Assembly (NCBI GenBank): GCA_038064195.1
Contig: JBBTTO010000003.1
Location: forward strand, 178,428 to 242,427
Source: Patescibacteria group bacterium
Lineage (GTDB): Bacteria; Patescibacteriota; Microgenomatia; Levybacterales; UBA12049
DNA: 64,000 nucleotides
Reading direction: 5' to 3'
Positions 56,819 to 64,000 of the stretch are shown one piece after another; position 1 is the first letter of the stretch, and each line of letters begins with the position of its first letter. The position numbers and the translations under genes are program-made. The notes under the pieces were generated by a model. It worked only from the letters and a program-made list of their open reading frames with translations, ran no database searches and was not told where the DNA came from.

Positions 56819-57652
56819 ATGGAATCAATACTTTTACAAACATCACTTATTGCCGCTTTTGTCGCAGGTATCGTAGCATTGTTTGCCCCTTGTTGCATTT
56901 CATTTTTACTACCGGCGTACCTCGGTAACGTCTTTAAAGAGAAAGAAAAAGTAGTATTGATGACGCTCATTTTTGGTGCCGGTATTTTTGCGGTTATGAT
57001 GCCCGCCGTTCTGGGTGTTGCAGCGTTATCTAAGTTTTTATTTGAATATCATGACAGTATTTATTATCTTGGCGGGTTTGTCATGATACTTTCGGCAGTC
57101 ATAACTTTTTTAGGGCTGAAATTTCCAATGCCCCAATTACCAGGCGGTGATACACGAAAAACTGATCCTTTGTCTGTATTTACCCTCGGTATATTTTCAG
57201 GTATTACCAGCGCGTGTTGCGCGCCGGTTCTCATCGGTATATTGGCATTGACATTTTTATCTCCTAACTTTTTTGGGGCCTTAGCAATAGGTGGTATGTA
57301 TGTTTTGGGAATGGTCATGCCACTTTTATTTATTGCCGTATTTCTTTCGGGAAAGATGACAAAGTTCATGTTTTTGAGAAAGAAAGTATTCAGTTTTCAA
57401 TTTTTAGGTAAAGAACGTACGGTGATTGTTAGTAATTTAATTGCAAGTATCATTTTTTTCCTCACAGGTATTTTAATAATCTATCTTAAATCTATCGGCA
57501 GGCTTGGTATGGAAGACACAGAAGGATTTACGAAGATGATCACCAATGCGAGCGGTTATGTTAATCAATTTGCGGGAGGGAACATGTTGCTTAACCTGAT
57601 ATTTGTAGCAGCTCTTATTTTTGTTCTTTATAAGATTGCAAAAAAGGTATAA
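56819..57652 (+). CDS. CcdA/DsbD-type transmembrane disulfide reductant carrier
   Basis: FAPCCISFLLPAY and SACCAPVL. Confidence 0.85.
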   Translation: MESILLQTSLIAAFVAGIVALFAPCCISFLLPAYLGNVFKEKEKVVLMTLIFGAGIFAVMMPAVLGVAALSKFLFEYHDSIYYLGGFVMILSAVITFLGLKFPMPQLPGGDTRKTDPLSVFTLGIFSGITSACCAPVLIGILALTFLSPNFFGALAIGGMYVLGMVMPLLFIAVFLSGKMTKFMFLRKKVFSFQFLGKERTVIVSNLIASIIFFLTGILIIYLKSIGRLGMEDTEGFTKMITNASGYVNQFAGGNMLLNLIFVAALIFVLYKIAKKV

Positions 57653-57686
57653 GCTGAATATATATAAGAGTAAAGAGGTGAGTAGT

Positions 57687-58325
57687 ATGAAAAGAGACCC
57701 GTTAGTATATGGAATAGTTAGTTTTCTTATCGGAGGTGTCATCGTGTGGTTCTTGGCAACGACAGCAGTGAACAATAACCAGTATGGCATGATGCAGATG
57801 ATGGGATTGCGCGGGGGATATCAGAGTATGATCGGTAGCTCAAGCACGATTGATGCTCACTTTATCGAGCAAATGATTCCTCATCACGAAGACGCAATAA
57901 CTATGGCAAAGCTGGCCCTTACAAAAGCAAAACGGACAGAAGTAAAAGAGTTAGCTCAAAATATTATTGACTCACAAGGGAAGGAAATAGACCGGATGAA
58001 AAGTTGGTATAAAGACTGGTATGGAAAAGAAGTACCTTCCGGGGTAAATGTGATGGGTAGACATGGGATGATGGGCAGTAATGGGATGCACATGGGAGTG
58101 ATGGGAGATGAAACTGATTTATCAAGGCTTGAACAAGCAAAGGATTTTGATCGAGCGTTTGTTGAAGAAATGATTCCGCATCATCAAATGGCCGTCATGA
58201 TGGCAAGTATGCTGAAAGATGGAACACAGCGTCCGGAAATGGAGAAACTTGCTAATGATATTATTACTGCCCAAACGAATGAAATAGACCAGATGAGGGG
58301 TTGGTTGCAAAATTGGGAGATATAA
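57687..58325 (+). CDS. DUF305 (CopM-like) Met/His-rich protein
   Basis: Two MIPHH..A..MA repeats. Confidence 0.9.
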   Translation: MKRDPLVYGIVSFLIGGVIVWFLATTAVNNNQYGMMQMMGLRGGYQSMIGSSSTIDAHFIEQMIPHHEDAITMAKLALTKAKRTEVKELAQNIIDSQGKEIDRMKSWYKDWYGKEVPSGVNVMGRHGMMGSNGMHMGVMGDETDLSRLEQAKDFDRAFVEEMIPHHQMAVMMASMLKDGTQRPEMEKLANDIITAQTNEIDQMRGWLQNWEI

Positions 58326-58338
58326 GGAGGTGAGGAAT

Positions 58339-58602
58339 ATGTTGAACGCAAAAGCATTTGCGAATGCAAGTACTCTTGTACTTCTCGCAGTATATGTAGT
58401 TTGTCGAGTCGTATCACTGGTAGCGCCTGACTTTCTTTTTAGTATTGCTAAAAGCTGGTTTCATACAATTAGTGTTGACAGCTTAAGGGGAATAAGTCCA
58501 ATGGATTTGGGGACATTTTTATTCGGAGGGATAGCCTTAGCTGTTTTAGTTTGGGTGACAACCTACGCGACAATTACTCTCTATAACCGTTGGGCAAAAT
58601 AA
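58339..58602 (+). CDS. DUF5676-like small membrane protein
   Basis: YVVC...SWFH...LYN; GGAGGTG SD. Confidence 0.75.
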   Translation: MLNAKAFANASTLVLLAVYVVCRVVSLVAPDFLFSIAKSWFHTISVDSLRGISPMDLGTFLFGGIALAVLVWVTTYATITLYNRWAK

Positions 58603-58659
58603 GGGGAGCTTATTATCTGATCTGAGTCAGAAAGTAGACACACTATCAGGTTAGTGTTG

Positions 58660-59433
58660 CTAGTGCTTATCCATCTGAGAAAATCTTTTGAAGAGTTTTA
58701 TAATTACTGCTGTTCCAATAAGACCAATTCCCAGTAAAAAGAGCAGGTAATACGCAGGAGTTAATACTTCAGCTACCTGTACTGTTATTTCATGAGGAAG
58801 AATTGGGATTGGCCCGCCCCTTCCTTGTGCATCAATGGAAGGTTTTGTGGTTCTGATAAGTAGTAAAAATATCATAGGAAGAGTGCTCACTAATAGCAAT
58901 ACAACAGCCGGACTGATCAATTTACCATAGCGATAGCTAAAATAAATCAAGCCGGCCATACATAAAGTAAGCGGAATGAAACTTAGTAAAAATAGGGTAA
59001 AAATAGTGGAATGCAGACTCTCATTGATAAAGGCAAGAATTCCCGCCTGTTTTTTTGTTTGTTCATCAGTTCGTTGATAATAAAACGGCTCAACCACCTG
59101 TCTGAAGATTTTCAACCTAATCTCTCTGGGAGAAAGTTTTTCAAGATCTGATTTTGTTATCGTGATATTCTTGTCAGGCAGGGGATGTAACACGTTTTGT
59201 CCGGATAACTCGAGTTTTTGCTTTACCTCCTCAATACCTTTAGAGTCGTCAAGTCCTTCAGGACTAAATTGAGTTGCGACGACTGCAGTTGCCAGTGGTA
59301 TAGCGATTTGTGCGCTGGTCAGGGTAGAGAGAGTAGAGAGACTGATAGTGAGTGAGAGGAGTAATGTCGTCAGAATCCCGAAAATCCATTTGAGATCGAC
59401 ATGCCAGTATGGTCTGACTTTTTCTTTTATCAT
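58660..59433 (-). CDS. Membrane protein
   Basis: RPYWHVDLKWIFG; several TM segments. Confidence 0.75.
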   Translation of the reverse strand: MIKEKVRPYWHVDLKWIFGILTTLLLSLTISLSTLSTLTSAQIAIPLATAVVATQFSPEGLDDSKGIEEVKQKLELSGQNVLHPLPDKNITITKSDLEKLSPREIRLKIFRQVVEPFYYQRTDEQTKKQAGILAFINESLHSTIFTLFLLSFIPLTLCMAGLIYFSYRYGKLISPAVVLLLVSTLPMIFLLLIRTTKPSIDAQGRGGPIPILPHEITVQVAEVLTPAYYLLFLLGIGLIGTAVIIKLFKRFSQMDKH

Positions 59434-59547
59434 AGTTCAGTTCTAGTATTACATGTTACAGAATACTCAGCAAGATCATAGTCTGTTTTCGTGTTCTTTT
59501 GGGGATATTCCTTGACAGAAGTAGCCCCGATTTTGTTAAATTGATGT

Positions 59548-60858
59548 ATGCCCGGAAAGAAAGCAAGAAAAACTAGTGTAAAAAGATCCCGTGCCACTCG
59601 TACTTCTCAGGTAAAAATTGTCGTTATATTTTTACTACTCCTTGGAATTGCTTTAATTGCCAGATCAGTAATGCTCCATGAGAACTACAAGGTACTTGGA
59701 GCTTCAACGCTTCTCGCCAGAGGCGGGGATGACTCCGGTAGTGGTGATGGTGGGGGAGGTAGTAACTCAGGAAGCGCCTCTTCGGGCAGTTCTGATTCTG
59801 GAAGCAGTGGTACCTCAGGCAGTACCGGTGGTAGCAATGGATCAGGGAATACCTCAGGCGGCTCCGGATCCGGTGGGAGTGATTCATCAGGATCCAGTAC
59901 TTCAAGTGGTGGATCAAGTAGCATCAGTGTCTCAGATAATACAAGGGTAATATGTACTGGACCTGATGGAAAGAAATTCGAAACAAAACGTAAAGATTGT
60001 GAAGAATTAAATAAAGCATGGAATAAACCTGTCAGCTTTACCGTGCTTCCTAATAAATCTAAATCACAACCTGTAAAAACAGAAACACGTACTCGATCTG
60101 TAGCACCATCTGTTAATCCTTCAATCAGTGAAACACCAGAAGTGGAAAATGAAGATGATGATTCAGGCGTCGAGACGAAAACAGAATCCAATGGAAACGA
60201 AGAAAGAACTGAAGTCAGGCTTTCTGAAACCGAAAGAATTCGAACAAGAATAAAAGACGGCAGAACCCGTATCGATATTACATCTGGTGGAATCAAAACA
60301 CGTTTGGAGGTCAGAGATGATCGGGTAGTCATAAAAGCTGAGCAGGAAGATGGTACAGAAGTTGAGTTAGAAGATGATGCCTTGTTAAAGATTGATGATA
60401 GGTTGGCAAAAAACAGTATCAAAATAGCAACAGCCGGAGCGGAGAAGTTCTTAGTCCAAAAAGGAGCTACAGCAGCTATCACAGATTTTCCTGTCTCAGT
60501 TGATCTTGCAACGAATACTGTCTTTGTGGATACGCCGAATGGAGAAAAATCCCTGACGGTACTTCCTGAACAGGCAATTCAAAACCTCATCGCAGCAAAT
60601 GTTGTGAATAGAATCGGAGGAGAAGCACTGGTTAACGAAGCAACAAATAATAATCTAACGTCTGTAAGCCAGTTAATTACTCTTGGTGAGAAAAACGGAA
60701 TACCTATCTATGAAATAACCGGAGTTTCAGATCAGAAACTACTTGGATTTATCCCAGTCGTAATTGAAAAAGAAGTTGTTGTTTCAGCTGAGACGGGGAA
60801 CGCTCTTTCTATCAATGAGTCCTTAGGTGCAAGAATTCTTGACGCAATTTCCTTCTAA
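59548..60858 (+). CDS. Exported protein with Gly/Ser-rich linker
   Basis: TM, VLG, G/S tract, CTGPDGK..C, KLLGFIPV...VSAETG. Confidence 0.8.
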   Translation: MPGKKARKTSVKRSRATRTSQVKIVVIFLLLLGIALIARSVMLHENYKVLGASTLLARGGDDSGSGDGGGGSNSGSASSGSSDSGSSGTSGSTGGSNGSGNTSGGSGSGGSDSSGSSTSSGGSSSISVSDNTRVICTGPDGKKFETKRKDCEELNKAWNKPVSFTVLPNKSKSQPVKTETRTRSVAPSVNPSISETPEVENEDDDSGVETKTESNGNEERTEVRLSETERIRTRIKDGRTRIDITSGGIKTRLEVRDDRVVIKAEQEDGTEVELEDDALLKIDDRLAKNSIKIATAGAEKFLVQKGATAAITDFPVSVDLATNTVFVDTPNGEKSLTVLPEQAIQNLIAANVVNRIGGEALVNEATNNNLTSVSQLITLGEKNGIPIYEITGVSDQKLLGFIPVVIEKEVVVSAETGNALSINESLGARILDAISF

Positions 60859-60861
60859 TTT

Positions 60862-61344
60862 ATGAAAAAGGCTGAGGTAATGTTATCGCTGCTAAGAATT
60901 GCCATGGGAGTTCTTTTCACGTGGGCTTTTTTTGATAAAGTTTTCGGACTCGGATTTGCCACGACTTCTGCTAGGGCGTGGATTCATGGCGGATCTCCGA
61001 CTTCCGGATTTCTAAAATTTACTGATGGAACATTCTCACCCATCTTCCAGTTTCTTTCAGGAATTCAAATTATTGACTGGTTATTTATGCTGGGGTTGTT
61101 AGGGATTGGACTGGCGATGCTGTCAGGAATCGGATTACGTATCGCGGGATATGCGGGTGCTGTCTTTGGCGTTTTACTTTATTTGTCAGTCTTTCCACCC
61201 CAAAATAATCCGGTCATTGATGAACATCTTATTTATTCCTTAATTTTTCTCGTATTCTCAACAGGTGAGGTTGGACGTCGGTATAGTCTCTATTTATGGT
61301 GGAGTAAGCAGGCTTTGGTTAAAAAGTATTCATTTCTTCAATAA
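60862..61344 (+). CDS. DoxX/DoxD-family membrane protein
   Basis: LRIAMG..F.WAFFDK.FGLG, NNPVIDEH. Confidence 0.85.
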   Translation: MKKAEVMLSLLRIAMGVLFTWAFFDKVFGLGFATTSARAWIHGGSPTSGFLKFTDGTFSPIFQFLSGIQIIDWLFMLGLLGIGLAMLSGIGLRIAGYAGAVFGVLLYLSVFPPQNNPVIDEHLIYSLIFLVFSTGEVGRRYSLYLWWSKQALVKKYSFLQ

Positions 61345-61380
61345 TTTTCATTTCAGATATTCACTCTAATGATCCACGAT

Positions 61381-61611
61381 TTACGTTTTAGTTTGTGTTA
61401 TTTCAAATTGCTTATTTTTAGATTTGTGTCCTGATAGCAAGGTGACAGCTCCCTTTTTAACGTGAAAGTGTCTGGCTAATGCCTCTAAGACTGCCTTATT
61501 TGCTTTATCTTCAAGAGGAGGTTCACTGACGTAGACATGAAGATTTTCTAAGAGGTCTATCTCTACTCGTGGCTTCTTTGAATTAGGATGGGTAATGACT
61601 GAAGTTCTCAC
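61381..61611 (-). CDS. DUF167 (YggU-like) protein
   Basis: PP..DKANKA...GHKSKNK. Confidence 0.85.
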   Translation of the reverse strand: MRTSVITHPNSKKPRVEIDLLENLHVYVSEPPLEDKANKAVLEALARHFHVKKGAVTLLSGHKSKNKQFEITQTKT

Positions 61612-61661
61612 ACTGAAATTATTATAACGGATTTACCTTCCACTTTTGCTAGAATGAAAGT

Positions 61662-61817
61662 ATGGGAAAAATAAATAAAGAGTGGCACGAAGCCAACAAA
61701 ATGTCTAAGAACCCAACCCTTGAGCAAAGAATTAAGTGGCATACTGAACACCAAAAGAATTGCCAGTGTTGGCCAATACCTTTAAAACTTCTTGAGGAGA
61801 TAAAAAAGCAAAAATAA
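61662..61817 (+). CDS. 51-aa conserved-looking small protein
   Basis: MGKINKEWHEANKMSKNPTLEQRIKWHTEHQKNCQCWPIPLKLLEEIKKQK; TAGAAT+6 nt+ATG. Confidence 0.7.
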   Translation: MGKINKEWHEANKMSKNPTLEQRIKWHTEHQKNCQCWPIPLKLLEEIKKQK

Positions 61818-61865
61818 GCAAAACTTTTCTTCGAATAAGGCTGCAGGTTCTGCTATAATCTCAGG

Positions 61866-62963
61866 ATGAATCTATCTGTAGGAATTGTTGGATTGCCAAA
61901 TGTGGGGAAGTCCACGCTTTTTAATGCGCTTTTGAAGAAACAGCAGGCTTTGGCTGCCAATTATCCTTTCGCCACCATTGAGCCCAATGTCGGGATAGTC
62001 CCTGTGCCTGATAATCGTTTGACCCAACTTGCAGAGATTACAAAAGAAGAGGAAAAAATGGCAAGTCTGCCTCCTATTAAGCCAGCCACCGTGGAATTTG
62101 TAGATATTGCCGGTCTCGTGAAGGGAGCTTCAGAAGGTGCGGGACTGGGAAATAAATTCTTAAGTCACATCCGTGAGGTGAGTGTTATCGCACACGTCGT
62201 GAGGGCATTTGAGGATGCCGATGTGATCCGTGAGGGCAGTACGACACCGGATGAGGATTATAAAACAATCCAGACAGAATTAATTCTGGCAGATCTCCAG
62301 ACGCTGGAGAAAATCCGTGACAATCGTAAGATGGAGCCGATCAAACATACAGTCGCGATCAAATTAATGGCAGCGCTTAATAATGGTACACGGGCATTTG
62401 ATGTTTCGTTATCTGATGAGGAACGAGAAGCCACTCGGGACATGTTTTTACTGACGAATAAACCGGAGGTCATCGTCCTCAATGTCACCGAAGCAGAATA
62501 TAATGAATCCACAATTCTGGAGAGGATTTCTTCTTATGCCAAGGTTTTATCACTTCCTGAAGACCGCTTTGTCGTGATCTGTGCCAAGATTGAGTCAGAA
62601 CTTGCAGGGCTTGATGAAGTGGATCAACAAGTTTATCTCGCCGAATTAGGAGTAGGATCGTCAGGTTTGGAAAGATTGATTAAAAAGACCTACGAAAGAT
62701 TAGGTTTGATTTCCTTCTTAACAGCCGGGGAGAAGGAAGTCAGGGCTTGGACTGTAAGAAAAGGTAGTACTGCGCCTGTGGCAGCAGGGGAGATCCATAC
62801 TGACTTTATCAAAAAGTTTATTAAAGCCGAAGTAATTAGTTTTGACGATTATATTTCAGCGGGAGGCCGTAAAAAGGCGAGGGAAATAGGGAAAGCGCGC
62901 CTAGAAGGCAAAGACTACATAGTTGCTGATGGAGATGTAATAGAATTTAAAATCGGAAGCTAA
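61866..62963 (+). CDS. ychF: Redox-regulated ATPase YchF
   Basis: [33 protein letters not shown] domain. Confidence 0.96.
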   Translation: MNLSVGIVGLPNVGKSTLFNALLKKQQALAANYPFATIEPNVGIVPVPDNRLTQLAEITKEEEKMASLPPIKPATVEFVDIAGLVKGASEGAGLGNKFLSHIREVSVIAHVVRAFEDADVIREGSTTPDEDYKTIQTELILADLQTLEKIRDNRKMEPIKHTVAIKLMAALNNGTRAFDVSLSDEEREATRDMFLLTNKPEVIVLNVTEAEYNESTILERISSYAKVLSLPEDRFVVICAKIESELAGLDEVDQQVYLAELGVGSSGLERLIKKTYERLGLISFLTAGEKEVRAWTVRKGSTAPVAAGEIHTDFIKKFIKAEVISFDDYISAGGRKKAREIGKARLEGKDYIVADGDVIEFKIGS

Positions 62964-63035
62964 AGCTAAATTCCAAAGGACAAAAAACAAATAAAAAAAA
63001 CAAATAGCAAGCATCAAATAAATATCAATGATCAA

Positions 63036-63395
63036 TTACCTGGCGTTTTTTAATATTGAAGAAAAAATCTTTATTAACTCGGTAGATTCAGCGATTAACG
63101 ACTGTCTTGTTTGACGGTAAGCTTCTGTTGATTCGGCCAAATCAAGCCATAATCTACTTTCTTTTGCTACTTTTCTACAAATTTTGATTTTCATTTCAAA
63201 GTCTTTTTTACCTAACGACTCATTAGCTTCAATATAATTTGCTGCAACAGAACCAGATGATCGTACTAGTTGTTTTGCATATTCAATGTTTGAGATTGAC
63301 TTTGGAAGAGTTTTCAAGTAATCTCTAACGTTCGTTGCATATAGTGAGGTTCTTTCCTCAAGATCGTAAATTTTTCTATCTGAAGATTGATTCAT
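63036..63395 (-). CDS. Four-helix-bundle protein (23S rRNA IVP/bAvd-like, TIGR02436 type)
   Basis: DLEERT, KQLVRSSGSVAANYIEANE, KESRLWL, ELIKIFSSI. Confidence 0.9.
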   Translation of the reverse strand: MNQSSDRKIYDLEERTSLYATNVRDYLKTLPKSISNIEYAKQLVRSSGSVAANYIEANESLGKKDFEMKIKICRKVAKESRLWLDLAESTEAYRQTRQSLIAESTELIKIFSSILKNAR

Positions 63396-63518
63396 TTGAA
63401 TTTATTTGTAATTTGATGCTTAGAGTTTGATATTTATAATACTATTCTACATTTATGTAGAAGTTTATTGCTACTTGCTAAAAGAGCCTCGAATTTGCTA
63501 TCATTACAGCTACGATCT

Positions 63519-63797
63519 ATGAGATTATATGATTTAGTTTTGGTTCTTAAGACATCACTTACTGAGGCGCAACGCACTAAAGTTGTCGATCAGGTAAAGA
63601 GTTGGCTTGGTGATGTCAAAGTCGTGAATGTTGATGACTGGGGTCAAAAGCCTCTCGCATATCCGATCAAAAAGGAAGCGGCAGGAGTCTATGTCAAGTT
63701 CAATTTAGAGACTGAGAAGACAATTCCTAATGATTTTGAAACAAGAGTTTTTAGAGCTGACGGTGTCCTACGACACCTATTGCTTAGAACTAAGTAA
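63519..63797 (+). CDS. rpsF: 30S ribosomal protein S6
   Basis: MRLYDLVLVL, WGQKPLAYPIKK, VLRHL; precedes ssb. Confidence 0.93.
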   Translation: MRLYDLVLVLKTSLTEAQRTKVVDQVKSWLGDVKVVNVDDWGQKPLAYPIKKEAAGVYVKFNLETEKTIPNDFETRVFRADGVLRHLLLRTK

Positions 63798-63885
63798 ACT
63801 CGAAGCACGAATTTCGAAGCTCGAAACAAATATAAAATAATAAATACAAAATAGTTTCGGATTTCGATATTCGGATTTGGAATTT
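63796..63885. repeat. A-rich/T-rich inverted 7-periodic arms (gene-less) between rpsF and ssb
   Basis: aaactcgaagcacgaatttcgaagctcgaaac...gtttcggatttcgatattcggatttggaattt. Confidence 0.75.
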
Positions 63886-63904
63886 CTTTCCGAAGGAAAG
63901 TGAT

Positions 63905-64000
63905 ATGGCACGAAGCTTGAATCGGGTTCAGTTGATCGGTAATCTCACACGAGATCCGGAATTGCGTTACACTCCGCAGGGAACTGCAGTTTGTACTATC
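63905..64000 (+). CDS. ssb: Single-stranded DNA-binding protein (partial)
   Basis: [30 protein letters not shown]. Confidence 0.95.
   Translation, partial: MARSLNRVQLIGNLTRDPELRYTPQGTAVCTI

Noticed and set aside
58616-58631. TCTGA-N6-TCAGA palindrome
   Set aside because: Lies between convergent gene ends with no promoter to regulate
59685-60482. 265-aa antisense ORF, and similar shadow ORFs such as 2630-3337, 1484-1933 and 26686-27078
   Set aside because: They overlap well-supported genes and are explained by codon bias or low complexity
63036-63395. Diversity-generating retroelement (Avd-like gene)
   Set aside because: No reverse transcriptase or TR/VR pair seen in the window
1-64000. 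tRNA, rRNA, transposase, alternative genetic code
   Set aside because: None recognised by eye; conserved genes read through intact and several end in TGA

Overview
Bacterial chromosomal window in standard code (TGA is a stop). It most likely comes from a Patescibacteria/CPR (Microgenomates-like) genome; this is inferred from the gene content, the many ORFans, pervasive TATAAT+6-8 nt+ATG leaderless starts and short GC-rich palindromic repeats. Housekeeping genes: fabG-like SDR, archaeal-type PPAT fused to DUF359, mscL, CDF transporter, ECF sigma, idi-polyprenyl synthase-uppS, DEDDh exonuclease, PIF1-like and DEAD-box helicases, trhO, msrB, ychF, rpsF, ssb. Accessory modules: an FMN-binding/ApbE/RnfD-like-reductase flavinylation operon followed by a cupredoxin, an AT-rich island (DUF5678 + aspartyl protease, SRA-like-HNH nuclease), a GT4/GH130-like pair and a CsoR-CcdA-DUF305 metal cluster. 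No rRNA, tRNA, CRISPR array or transposase was recognised. The most notable unexplained structure: (1) six TGTGA-N6-TCACA boxes, each centred 29.5 bp upstream of a -10 hexamer (the class II -41.5 position), matching the Crp/Fnr protein encoded here; (2) tiny palindromic elements, including a 17-18 bp element with TTGA/TTAA target duplication, nested insertions and in-frame insertions in proteins; (3) a four-helix-bundle gene flanked by inverted 7-periodic arms, plus gene-less copies of such arms; (4) a cassette flanked by a duplicated Gly-rich 3' end of a DUF2207 gene; (5) GC-rich self-contained ORFan units, two sharing a switch-like 3' RNA. Family assignments are from motif recognition only; no database search was run.
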